Source: Amoebidium appalachense
Taxonomy: Eukaryota > Protista > Ichthyosporea
Assembly (NCBI GenBank): GCA_963693365.1
Contig: CAVNZM010000006.1
Coordinates: 7,047,264 to 7,111,263 of the forward strand
Reading direction: 5' to 3'
DNA length: 64,000 nucleotides
Part shown: piece after piece, positions 1 through 12,514 of the stretch
How positions within the stretch are numbered: position 1 is the stretch's first letter
Layout of the letters: each line of letters opens with the position of its first letter
The notes under the pieces: model-generated
What the model saw: only the letters and a program-made list of their open reading frames with translations
What the model was told of the DNA's origin: nothing
The model's database searches: none
Made by a program: the position numbers and the translations under genes

Positions 1-903
1 CGCAGGGAGCTCCTCAAACTGCTCTGCAACAGCCCAGTCCCCGTTGGACTGATCAGCAGTCTGCACAGCCAGCAGACGGCGCACACCAACTTCCACAGCA
101 GGTGACTCCTTGCGGGCCTTAGGGTCGGTGGCCAGCAGCAGATCCAGCATACGGGCAAGCGTCAGAGCCTCCCGTTTGTTGCGGTAGCTGACCCAATCCG
201 CCGCGTGGACAGCCGCAGTGACCGAGGCCTGGTCAGCCAAGGTGCTCTTGAGGTAGGAAGGGGCCAGACGTTCTTTGACGCGCAGGTTGACTTTGGCGCC
301 GCTGGAGAGCAGATAACGGCTGGGGTTGGTTTTGGAACGGCCAGAGGAACGACGGCTGCGAGAGGAACGACCGTAGCCACTGCTGCTGGAATCAGAATCC
401 TCACTCGACGATGGGGTGTCTTCACTGCCGGTGTCGTACGCATAGACAGGCTCCTTGCCCTTTGCCCGCGCAGACAGCGTGCTCAGCAGGCCGCCGGCAG
501 AGGGCTTCTTGGGGCGACCAGACTGGGCAACAGAGAGGGCTTGCACTTGGGCAGAAAGCGTCTGCAGCTGCTCTTGGACGCCCACACCGTCAGAACGCCG
601 CTGGGGAGAGGGCGACCCAGGTGGGGGGGAGGCACGGCCGCTGCGAGGAGTGCGACAGTGCAAGTGCAGCTGGTCGGTGACTTTCCAACCGACCATCTCA
701 GGGTCATCAAAAGCCACTGAGCGCGCCTTGAGGGCTGAAACCACACTGTTGACTGTTTCTGCCGGCAGGCTGTTCCAAGGGAGGGCGTTGGACTGCAAAA
801 CGGCCAGACTTTTGAGACTTGCGTCGTCCGCATCGGTAGAGATCTCCAAAAGCTTTTCGAGGAGAGCGGCCCCCTTGGCGACCAGAGCAGGAGGAGGGGC
901 CAT
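1..903 (-). CDS. Gag-like ORF1 of a DIRS/PAT-type (tyrosine-recombinase) retrotransposon, 3'-truncated by the window edge
   Basis: Translated by hand from the ATG at 903: 301 codons open to position 1, intronless (MAPPPALVAKGAALLEKLL...). It ends in NKREALTLARMLDLLL...EVGVRRLLAVQTADQSNGDWAVAEQFEE, resembling the E..TLA..LD / E...RR..AV..A...G.W..A..E motif of DIRS/PAT Gag. It is absent from the ORF track because there is no stop in the window. Confidence 0.7.
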   Translation of the reverse strand, partial: MAPPPALVAKGAALLEKLLEISTDADDASLKSLAVLQSNALPWNSLPAETVNSVVSALKARSVAFDDPEMVGWKVTDQLHLHCRTPRSGRASPPPGSPSPQRRSDGVGVQEQLQTLSAQVQALSVAQSGRPKKPSAGGLLSTLSARAKGKEPVYAYDTGSEDTPSSSEDSDSSSSGYGRSSRSRRSSGRSKTNPSRYLLSSGAKVNLRVKERLAPSYLKSTLADQASVTAAVHAADWVSYRNKREALTLARMLDLLLATDPKARKESPAVEVGVRRLLAVQTADQSNGDWAVAEQFEELPA

Positions 904-1488
904 TGCAATGCTTACAAACCAGACTAGAGCACGAAAACTTGAAAACGAAGACTGGAAAATGCAAAAACGCGGGAAAACCGACACCGCAAAAAACGTCCAA
1001 AAACCAGCTAAAACGCAACGGCGCGCACGCAAAACTCTTACCAGATGCTGCCGAAGCTAAGCGCGCGCTCCTGGGCAAAAAAAACTAGAGAAAAAACGAA
1101 CAACAGCGCGAAAAACGGGGACTAGAGTTGCAAAAACTAAGCTAAAAAATTGGGCCTAAAGAGACCTAAACGCGCTCAGTAGCGCCGCAACTGACCTCCC
1201 TGGGGCCGCGCAAGCTCATTATAGAGCGCAGCCCACATTTTTGCCTATGGAAATATGAAGAAATGACTTAGAACCTATCAAATCCATGAAATCTACCAAA
1301 ATGGAATTCTTGCTGCACATCAACCAATGAAAAAATTTCACAAGTGGCTAAAACCCCTAGATCATAAAGACCAAATCGATTGCCGCCCATTTCGGACTAG
1401 ATATAACTCAAACTCATCAATATATCCATATGGCATATCCCACAGAACATAAAAACAGCTACAGCTCCCTAAATAAAAATGCTAGCAG

Positions 1489-2095
1489 TGTCGTGGCAAC
1501 AAACAGAGTGTATATGAACTACTCTAACTATCTGCACGCTTAAAGGGGCTCGAAACTGTGTATACGTATAAACTTTTCTTTGAGTTGGGTGGGAAGCGAG
1601 CTTTTCGTGTTCTCAGAAGAACTTCCAAAAGCCCGCGACCCCGCGAGACACTTCACAGACACGCGGCCCACTGGCCAGACAAATACCACAGTGACATTCA
1701 GCCAATCACAACACTCCCTCCCCCACAGACTACACGCACTCCACACCATTGGCTACCGCCACCTCAGACACCCCTACAGCACTACAACACGTACACACGT
1801 TTACTCACAATACATATAAGCATACACACACGCGAGCAGGCAACATGGGTCTCGCCAAGCACACAGCAAGAAGCAATACAACATTTAACATGGAGAGTAC
1901 GCAGAGGCATGGTGCATGCACGCGCGCACCTTTAACAATCAGCCGCCGCCGCATCAGGTTCTCCCCATACCACTGATTAGTCTCCTCATACCCCACTTAG
2001 ACCCCGGCATCACTATGCAAGAAAACCCCCAAAATTCACTCACCAAAACACGAAATATAGAAGCAAACTAATACGAATCAGCTCAGCACATGACA
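1489..2095 (-). repeat. 3' LTR
   Basis: Direct repeat of 3588-4194, preceded on the minus strand by a polypurine tract. Confidence 0.93.
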
Positions 2096-3083
2096 ACTCC
2101 CCCCTCGCACAGAAAATAACTGAGTTCCACCTCAGTAAAAACTACCTAAAAACAAAATAAAGTTATGTGCTGAGCGACTACAACTACCGCTACCCATGCA
2201 GGAAGCAACATTTAACATATAACATAAAACATATACATGCATCCACACACCACCCCACCATGGTTAATACCCAACCCAACCCCAAAACAAGGATAATTAT
2301 GAACCGCCACTGACGTTGCCCTGTAGATGCACCTCTGCCCCCGTCCACAACCTGCACCCAAAACCCCATGCCCCTGGCACAATGTTATATCGAGTGGAAC
2401 ATAGCAACAGACATGATAACAGACACCATCCATACAACCACACTCAGCATGCCCCATCCACAAAGAATTCCTAACACAACCAAACATGCCATGACGAACA
2501 CCTCCAGACTCATGTGACGTACACCTTCAGACTCTCTTGCTGGCCATTCCTCTACCCGACAAAGACTCCTACTACGTAGGTCCCGGTGGTTTGGGAATGC
2601 CTCCGCCCCAACCGTGCCCTACACAGCGGTGTGTCTAAGGCCTACTGCTGCACTGGGCACCACAACACTACTCAACAACACTACGGGCAGCCACTCCAAA
2701 GGGCCTCAACACCAGGCCCAGGGCAGCCACTCCAAGGGGCCTCAGCACCAGGCCCTTTGACGACGGGGGTTCACAACAGTGGGGGCCTGCCACTGCCATG
2801 ACTACACTTCGACCCCCCCCCCAGCCCCCTCGTCAGAGGGCCGAGCTCCCAGACAGCAGCAGGACTTTCTATTCCACTAACCCTAACCACACACGTCGCC
2901 AACACAGGACTCATACACACGTCGAAAACGCCAGGCACCAGTAGAAAACTCAGCGAAATAAAAACACCACACAACTCCCATACAACAACAACTTGAACAA
3001 CCCAAGAGACGGCCTACCCCCTAATAAAACCTTCATACCAGCAACACGGTCACCGACGTCCCTGCCCCCAACGACGGGGCTGT

Positions 3084-3365
3084 TTACACCACGCGTTGCC
3101 CCCGCTCCTTGCAGTTGTCGCAGGTGCCTGGGAAAGAGCCTGGCGCCGGCTCTTGCTGTCCCGCGCAAAGACGCCAGCCTGGCCCATCTGTTATCCCGTT
3201 GTGGCCGTGGCTGGTAGGGCTGGTAGCGCCGTGGGGAGGGTGACCGCCGCCGGTCCCCTCTGAGGCCTCTGCTGGGCAAACGGCCCTGAGCTTGCTAAGC
3301 CACCTAGGGAGGTCAAGGTCCTTAGTGAGGACTAAGTCCCCTGTGATACTAGTCTTACTGCTCAT
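3084..3365 (-). pseudogene. Gag remnant of the LTR element
   Basis: MSSKTSITGDLVLTKDLDLPRWLSKL... followed by FPGTCDNCKERG, a truncated Copia-type FxGxCxxCxxxGH zinc knuckle. No protease, integrase or RT is seen. Confidence 0.6.
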
Positions 3366-3474
3366 GTTGCCTATGCCAACTGTGGCTAGCTGTAGCTGTG
3401 TGTGTGCGTATGTTTCTTCTACCTCTAACCGTTGAAAAAGTCCTAAGCCAAACCACTCATAACCGCTAGGCGTG

Positions 3475-3505
<31 letters not shown>

Positions 3506-3587
3506 AGGGGTGAAAGCAACAGCCCAGAAGGACAACAGTGCGTGTGCCCCCTCCCTGCAAAAAACTGCAGAGAAAGGGGGTGTAGCT

Positions 3588-4194
3588 TGTCGTATCTACA
3601 AACAGTGTGTATATGAACTACTCTAACTATCTGCACGCTTAAAGGGGCTCGAAACTGTGTATACGTATAAACTTTTCTTTGAGTTGGGTGGGAAGCGAGC
3701 TTTTCGTGTTCTCAGAAGAACTTCCAAAAGCCCGCGACCCCGCGAGACACTTCACAGACACGCGGCCCACTGGCCAGACAAATACCACAGTGACATTCAG
3801 CCAATCACAACACTCCCTCCCCCACAGACTACACGCACTCCACACCATTGGCTACCGCCACCTCAGACACCCCTACAGCACTACAACACGTACACACGTT
3901 TACTCACAATACATATAAGCATACACACACGCGAGCAGGCAACATGGGTCTCGCCAAGCACACAGCAAGAAGCAATACAACATTTAACATGGAGAGTACG
4001 CAGAGGCATGGTGCATGCACGCGCGCACCTTTAACAATCAGCCGCCGCCGCATCAGGTTCTCCCCATACCACTGATTAATCTCCTCATACCCCACTTAGA
4101 CCCCGGCATCACTATGCAAGAAAACCCCCGAAATTCACTCACCAAAACACGAAATATAGAAGCAAACTAATACGAATCAGCTCAGCACATGACA
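3588..4194 (-). repeat. 5' LTR
   Basis: Direct repeat of 1489-2095, upstream of the gag remnant on the minus strand. Confidence 0.93.
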
Positions 4195-7100
4195 AGCAGC
4201 CTGAAACTTTGCACACACATCAAACACACCATGGCCTACAACATTATACTACCACGAAGTTTACAGCACACTCGCAACACACAATTTCACTCCAACGGGG
4301 CTATCTAATTCTCCTGCAAAGAAAACACGTTTACAAACTTAATAATATATCCATATGGCATATCCCACAGAACATAAAAACAGCTACAGCTCCCTAAATA
4401 AAAATGCTAGCAGCCTGAAACTTTGCACACACATCAAACACACCATGGTCTACAGCATTATACTACCACGAAGTTTACAGCACACTCGCAACACACAATT
4501 TCACTCCAACGGGGCTATCTAATTCTCCTGCAAAAAAAACACGTTTACAAACTTAATATTAGTCTTATCATAGTGCCAACATCATCTTTACCAGCCCCAG
4601 CAAGGGGGGCATGAGCCGGTGTAGCGTGGGGCAATCTCACAACCAGGTACAGGTCTACCACTCCCTACCTGGTGTCGCGGAGGAACAAACCCTGCTGTGC
4701 GTGCCACTTGACGCAGCGCTGCAGCCCAGATAACTTGAGGGGCGACACAGGCACCCAAACAGTAAGAATAAAGGATTCCGGCTTGTACATACCGACAGCA
4801 GGAAACACTGAGGTGATCTCCACACACATTGTCCATTTGTCTTCACGGAAATACTTCTGGACATAGTCTCTAGAGGCACCCCCATGGCAAAAGCTGTGAG
4901 GGTTTAGGGTATGGAACCCATACTGTTTGAGGCCAAGGGGGTTGCATGGAGCTTGGCCCCCGGGTCATGGTAATATAAAGGCAACAGCTGCACAGAACTG
5001 GGGGGGCACCACGGAACCAGACAGGATGGTGTCGTATCCTAACATGTGTGTAATAAGAGACGCGGCACTCTTCTAAGTGAACACACACGGAAAGGAACGA
5101 ACGTGTACGAGAAAACTGCAAAGTTTCTTACTAGGCCTGACTCCGACGGGCAACCTGAGATCCAAACGGAACCAAGCTAAGTCACAACTGCGGCCATCAA
5201 GGCCGTGCCCCCAAAGATCATCATCACCAGGCCCCCCCACGATGCCACATTCCATACATTCCGATCTAATGAACTCTATCGTCGCCTGCACGAGCTAAGT
5301 CTATTGGCTCACTCTAATATACATATCTTTGTCTCTCCCCTCTCCCTTCCCCTAGTGGCACCGTGGAGTCTAAGTCTACATTTCATACTACCTCCCCCCC
5401 CCTCCCCCCTCTACTCCTTCCTGTACATCAAAATATATATATACACGTTTGGCAGATTATACTATCAGAACTTGCCAATATTTGCCAGGGCATCTTATTG
5501 CATTCCTAAGTCCTCCTAAGATCTATCCTATACACTATTTCTAATTCTAATATTGGTCGGCTGCTGCAGGCTGATGTGGTCCTGCCTGCGCCTGCAGAGA
5601 CACGATGCCCGCAGCTGTACAGCTGATCTTGAGGCCCCGGACTTGATCTTGATGACCTGTGGACCCGGGCCAACCCCGCCCCCCCCCCCCCCCCCCCCCC
5701 CCGCCCCCCCGGATCTTGATCTTTGACTTATGATGATCTGCTGAGACGGATTAGTATATGTCAGATGGCCAAGAGGGACAAACGGGCGATATGGACAAAC
5801 TGGTTTGGGCTGGCCTGGTGTCTGTCAGGCGGATGCGGCCCGTGCTGGCTGGCATGTGGTGGGGGATTAGGCCGTTAAACAAAACAAAGTCTGTGTGGAT
5901 AAGCATAAGCAGCTCATTCATAGGATGTTGAAAAAACACTCAAACCCTAGCAAAGCAGCATACCAAACAAGGGGCCGATTATTGAAGGCAAATCATGATG
6001 GCCAATGACGGGACCAATGAAAACAGAAGCGGGGGCGTCACGGTGGTCTATGCTGGAACAAGCCGATTCCAGCCAGTGCAAGCTCCGTTGTGCGGGTGCA
6101 GGTGCGGACCAAGACTTGGCAGGAAATGCCTGTTGCCTGCAGCTGTGTTAACACAGCGCGGATGCTGGCCATGCGACGGATCAATGTCGTAACATTAATC
6201 AAAACATTAATGACCAGGAGGTCGTCCAGAGTCTGCGAGGGACTTGGTTTTTGGTGGTGAGTGCCAGGAGCCCACGAATCCAGGTATTCATCAAGGCATC
6301 CCGGTAAGCCTTCCAGAGGTTGGGCTTTTTTTGGCCTGGTCAGCCACTGGCAGAAAACCGCGAGAATGAGACCATCTGCTGGTTTGTGGGCTGATGGTAG
6401 CCACTGCGATAAAAAACAAATGAATGTCAATGGCAAGCAACGCAGTCCAATCAAGGATCCACAGACGGTAGCGGAAGCCCCGGGCAGCAGTGTAGCACAC
6501 CTAAACCACCAAGACGCAGGAGCAGGGTTTCCCCCTTCAGAATGTTGATGCGATCAGAGCAACACCAACAACGGCTGATGTTAGCCTACTTTTGTCCACC
6601 ATGGCACCAACAGCTGCCAAGGTAGGGGCCGCTCCCAGGGGCGGGGCAGGGAGAGGGGGCGGGGGGGGAGGGGGTTGGGGAGGCTGGCGGGCCCGGGCTT
6701 GCCAAGTGGTTTACGCACAGGACCGGACAGCTGGAGGTAGTGGCCACAGCGGTTGCAGTAAGGCAGCACTTGGCCGGGAAAAGCATGGCTGGAAGCACCC
6801 GGACAGACCCATGGATGGCCATTGCACAACCCAACAAAGAAGCATCAGTGAAAACATGCTGCTAGCAAAACTGGATCGCATGCATTACTAGTTTCATTAC
6901 CAGGAACAAGGGGAGAACTCGGGCCTTCATGTTCAATGCACACTCAGTCGCCACACTAACATGATCACTTGGTAAGCGCTTCGCACCTCAAAGTTTCAGC
7001 TTTGAAGTGTTGCTACTGAATAATGCTCCGGAGTCCATTTAAGCTATTTTATTAGCACGCTCCATAATTTTCATACAACCAGCGTATGCGCCGAGCGGCT

Positions 7101-8800
7101 GCCAGGCTAAACCAAGAAGATTATATGCAAACAAATCCAGTGACCGTTTGCGTGCAGTGTGCCACAACGTTTCCTGGACACTCGGAGTTCGTTTGACAAT
7201 GTGTGCTCGTCACCGTGACGTTTGTGACCGTTTCCCATTGCAGGTTCACGTTGCGTACATCCTTCAAGTTGAGACTGTGAAGAAGGAGAATGTGTTTAAA
7301 CGTATTAAAGGCAAGATTGATGCCATCATGGCTTAACCTCTTTCCTGCAGTTCTGGAGATACGGATCGGCGCACCCATGTGCACGTTTAGTGAACAAGGC
7401 TTCTTGGGCTATCGTATCCAGATAGGACATGGCGCCTCCTCCACTTTCGCCTTGCCATTATATATTTATTACCAACTGGCCCGAAGGGCGCAACTGTGCG
7501 TGTTGCAGATGAGCCACCCCACCACACCACCACGGCAATACCAGCAACCACCCTCCCCTTGACCATCTGCACCCAGACACCGTGCACATCACCCACAAAC
7601 ATCACCTGTAAACAACCCAAAACTCCTCCAAAAAAACCACAAAAACAAAAGGCCTTTCAAAGTTTTCGAAGGCATCCCTTAGTATTCCAACACAGTCACC
7701 AGGCTCAGTCCCTGTGTCTATTGCACCCTTCACACATACACTAGGGCCTCCTCCCACCCACCTACCCTGAAGAATGAATATCACGACATCATGAGTCTTT
7801 CTGCACGAATGCACCCCTGCCCCTTATAAAGGGCTGAAATTGACAGGCCATGTGTGAAGTCCCTCCCCCCCCCCATCAGCAAACATCTCCCATTTCCCGT
7901 CTCAAACCACTCTGGGACATCCTAAACCCGTAACCCATCCTGAACTATACCCTTTATAACCGTTATTAGTTAGAGATGACTCCAAGCTATCCCTAACCCG
8001 TCCGGCTTTAGCAGGCGCTATTAAAGACATCTCTGTAAGTACGTCCTTATTGTACCTTTAGCATATCTGTAACCCGGCGAAACCCTATCCCGTGTTCCAT
8101 CTGTTTCCTCCCCGAAGCATATCTTAGAGCCGTCTTTGTTATGTTTTAAACAAATCTATAAAAAGACAATATTTATGAACTTTTACTAAACAGATATCCC
8201 CAGCATATCTGTAAGCTATCGGTCAGCCGTCTACAAGAGCGCTTTTCGATCACCAATATCCATCTTTAATACTACTTTTTGTAATTCAGACGAATATATA
8301 TGGCATACTTAACACCTCTTGAAGAATTTTGCAGAGATATATTACAGATATGTTGTGGTTAACCTAAATGTATCCTTAAAATGTAGTTATGTAATATGTT
8401 ATTTCAGTCTAACACGAGTTGCCGACTTTAGGACGTACTAAAAGCAACTCACCGATTGGCTAGGGATATTTTTATTGGTACATAGTGACACAAACAAGAT
8501 ATGCGTGAGACGTATTTACGTCATAATATAGATTCATCATCAATTGAGGAAAAGACACAATTAATATACACTTTAGACGGCTTTAGGACGGCCTAACGTT
8601 ATATATGGTCGCTCCCATAGATAGAATAATTATATATTCATAGTTCTGGTAAGAGCACCGGAAGATTTCTTGATGCAATTTTAAAGCCATCTTTCAGGAT
8701 GTTCTAAAAGTCACACTAAAAAGACCGTCGTCATCCTTAAAGTCATCTGTTGGATGGCTGGAGGATGTCGTGATGATATCTTAAACCCCCACCTCCCACC

Positions 8801-8836
<36 letters not shown>

Positions 8837-8890
8837 GGACCACCACCCACCCCACATGAACCTTTGACGATCGATGATGACGACGAGGTG

Positions 8891-9190
8891 CCAGACCCAC
8901 AGGGTCTTGCCTCCATACTTTATTTACCTTAACAGGACAAAGAGCCGGTACCCACCTATGGGTGCTAAACATGCACATGATCATTCATGTGCTATAAGAG
9001 CAACACAGAAACGAAACACGGAAACAACAGCAGCCATAGGACAAAGAGCCCCAGACCCACAGGGTCTTGCCTCCATACTTTATTTACCATGCACAGATCA
9101 AAGACCAGTCATCGTGCACATGTAAGAGCAACACAGAAACGAAAAACGGAAACAACAGCAGCCATAGGACAAAGAGCCGGTACCCACCTC
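8891..9190. repeat. Interleaved local duplications of ~40-60-bp blocks
   Basis: ccagacccacagggtcttgcctccatactttatttacc occurs twice. taagagcaacacagaaacgaaa..ggaaacaacagcagccataggacaaagagcc occurs twice. Confidence 0.8.
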
Positions 9191-9767
9191 TAGATGATAA
9201 CGTAGCCTTATAGCTGCTGATGACTTCATGGGCCAACCTTGGCAAAACCTCTAAAGGAACTCGAGCTAAGAATTAGCTCATCCTACTTGTGAGAAGTGGG
9301 GGGGGGGGGGGGGAGGGGGGGGGGGACTGAGGGGGCTGACTGAGAGTGGCAAAAAAAGAGTCGACAGAACCAACCTCAAACATAGTAAGGACGGAAACCT
9401 GGACCAGAACTTATGAAGTCTAGAGAAGCAGAAAATAGCTTGAACGATTGATGGAGGGGATGATAGCTATAGTGCTAACAGCAAAAGTAGTGCCCACAGT
9501 CGCTGGTTCATGAACGTGAAAAGGCAACGTGCATCTGCAGCCAGCAGACACACGCACACGCACGCACACACACACACACGTATATATATACACACACACA
9601 CACAGACACAGACACAGACATAATCACAGGACGGACACAGACCAGACAGACAAACGCCATATGCACAAAAGCAGGCAACACAAAACTAACCTTCAAACGG
9701 CCTTTCAGCCGTTAGGCGAAGAAGCTGCAGCATGCAGCATGGTCGAAACCATTCAGCACGGTGGCTG

Positions 9768-9885
9768 CGCGACCTGCGGAGGGGACCTGTGACCAGGCGA
9801 CCTGCGGGAAGGGAACTGCGACCAGGCGACCTGCGGGAAGGGACCTGCGACCAGGCGACCTGCGGGAAAGGACCTGCGGACCTGC
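9768..9885. repeat. ~29-bp GC-rich minisatellite
   Basis: About 3-4 copies of gcgaccaggcgacctgcgggaagggacct. Confidence 0.8.
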
Positions 9886-10341
9886 TGGAAGGGGGAAGAG
9901 AAATGGAGCAAACAATGTGCGTACAGGCTTAAACGGACAAAAAATTGCAAACCGGATTGGGTTTAGCCAATCACTATTTGCTATGGACCGGTTTAGTAAC
10001 CGCCGCGCCTGATTAGGGAAAAGATAAAAATAGATTTCGGCTCGCGCGCGCGCGTGCATCAGCTTGGTGCCCTTATCGGTACCCTTAGTGCCCTTAGTCA
10101 CAACTATCAGACTATAGTTACGTGTCCTCCACTTCTTTGTTCTTGACCATTTTTTCGGCATGAAAGGGTTTCTGTTACTTCTTGCTGTCCTTCTTAGCGT
10201 GCTTGCTTGTCTTTTTTTCAACATGGGTGTCACTGGCGCTTTCGACTTCTTTGATATCACACGTGTACGTGGACACAAGCACGAATGCATACACCCACAC
10301 CCATACTCACACTCACACCCACAGCTCATGCTCACACTCAA

Positions 10342-10407
<66 letters not shown>

Positions 10408-10992
10408 CACACACACACGCGCGCGCACGCACACACACTCACACATGCACACTGCACACACACACACACACACACGCACACACACAGGCGCGCACACACA
10501 GGCGCGCACACACACACAGGCGCACACCTCCACAACACACACAGCACATGCACACACAAGCGCACACACGCACACACACTGTTATCCCTGATCATGATGC
10601 CCCCTCCCCCCCTCCCTCTTCCCCCCCCGCGCACCCCCCCCCCCCCCCCCCCCCCCCACCCCACCCACCCACCTACAAAGACGAAAACGTTTATCTGTGT
10701 TCCAGACCGTGTGCGCTCTACTCCTCTCCCCTCTCCCGCACACAACGAGCCCCCCCTCTCCCCCCCCCCCCTCCCCCCCCCCCCCTCCCTGTGCATGCAG
10801 GAACGCACACATATGCACACGTGCGCATACATCATATATATGGCGGTTGAGTCACAACCCATTTGCAAACCACACACGTGTGCACGCATGGACGTCGCGC
10901 ACACACACAACGGCACACACACATAAATGCTCGCGCGCTCACAGCACACATGCACACACACTCACTCACAAACACGCACACACACACACACA

Positions 10993-11027
<35 letters not shown>

Positions 11028-11808
11028 TCTCTCTTCTCTTTCTCTTTCTCTCTCTCTCTTTCTCTTTCCCTCTTTCTCTGATCTGTCTCTCTCTCTCCCT
11101 CTTCCTTCTCTCTCTCTCTAGTAGTGGCAAGTGGAAAGAAAAAATAGGTGATACCCCACTTGGTTTTTTTCTTCTCAATTCTGTCTAAATCTCATCATGA
11201 TAGGGTATTTTTGGTTTACGTATACACTTGGCTCAGCTTGCATGTACGGGAAACACAAGTTAAGCATGTTAAATAACGATACATTGACATATTTCAACCT
11301 GTTGACTATCAGTATGCATCATGGGCTTAGTGATTACGACCCCGTCTCAACATTGACATCGTAAAAACTAATAAACTATCTGATCCAAATCACAATGGAA
11401 CCCAATATCGTGCCCCCCCCCCCCCCCCCCTAAATATGGAACTTTCATGGTGTTACACGAACTATTTAAAAAAAATATAAAAAAATAAAGAATAAAAAAT
11501 AAAAAACTCTCATATACTCTTTGAACTCGCAAAGAACCAATCCCTAATACTTGTACATGTATTGCATACATAAATATACTCGCACATATACATACACACA
11601 TTCACTTTAATCTTTCAGGCTACATGTGCAATAAATTATGCACAGTCGATAGAGTTCGTTGTGAAACCCCCCCCCCCCCCCCCTCCCCCCTCCTCGTTCC
11701 CCCCATATGCAATGGGGATAATAATGTTTCCCGCTATTAATTAAAAAATCACCGTTCTAACTTCCTAAGACCAAACCACTTGTAACACCGACAGTTTCGG
11801 TTGTGTGG

Positions 11809-11845
<37 letters not shown>

Positions 11846-12007
11846 CCCACCCACCACCACCTTACCAATATACGTTACGTATTGGTACAATATCACCAAT
11901 ACTAATTAAATATCGTCACGTGTGATGGTGATGGCATCCATGTAGCTCTGCAGCAGTGTGTGTGTGTGGTGCGTGTGTGTGTGGTGTGGAGAGGCCTGGG
12001 GGGGAGG

Positions 12008-12042
<35 letters not shown>

Positions 12043-12514
12043 GGGGGGGAGGGCCGGGTGGGGGGGGGGGGGGGGGATAGGCAAATACCAGACAGTGATG
12101 CATAATTGCACATTCTTTTGCAGCTACAGTGGATGATATTTACCCGCCGTGTGCACCACTTGTGACCCCAGTCTTCCGAGGTGGTGTCACAGGTGGGCGC
12201 CAACACCAATAAATTGACTGGTGACGGGCGTACAACCAAAGAAACTCAGCAGCCCATATAACAACGTTGATGCTATACCCTGCCTAGCTAACGTAATAAT
12301 TAGTGCACCATCGCACGCGTGACCCCCCCCCCCCCCCCCCCCCCCGGGGGGGTGTTTTTGCCGCGCGGTACCCCTGATATTGTAGGTGTACACTGCCCCC
12401 ACAACCCCAATTGTGTGCTGAATATCCCGTGCTAGGAAACCAATAACGTGAAAGTAACACATCATTGCCGCATAATATATTATATATATGGTACAAGGGG
12501 GGATTTCAATCCGG

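Larger units (their letters stand above)
1489..4194 (-). mobile_element. Non-autonomous LTR retrotransposon (internally deleted, Copia-like), 2706 bp
   Basis: Two near-identical 607-bp LTRs (1489-2095, 3588-4194) with TGTC...GACA ends. 5-bp TSD AGCAG at 1484-1488 and 4195-4199. Minus-strand [14 protein letters not shown] abuts the 2095 LTR end. A gag remnant lies on the minus strand. Confidence 0.93.
1419..4557. repeat. 214-bp tandem duplication; copy 1 (1419-1488 + 4200-4343) is interrupted by the LTR element, copy 2 (4344-4557) is intact
   Basis: aatatatccatatggcatatccc...gctagcag occurs at 1419 and 4344. cctgaaactttgcacacacatc...aaacttaat occurs at 4200 and 4414. Confidence 0.9.

Noticed and set aside
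3576-3650. tRNA-Ala gene
   Set aside because: Only the first 12 nt match; the sequence then enters the LTR with no B box or cloverleaf.
4600-5520. Possible tyrosine recombinase fragment (ATFHTFRS)
   Set aside because: No other catalytic residues are in register and there are many stops, so it cannot be assigned.
5990-7340. Coding-like fragments (e.g. VHVAYILQVETVKKENVFKRIKGKIDAIMA)
   Set aside because: No recognisable family and no consistent exon chain.
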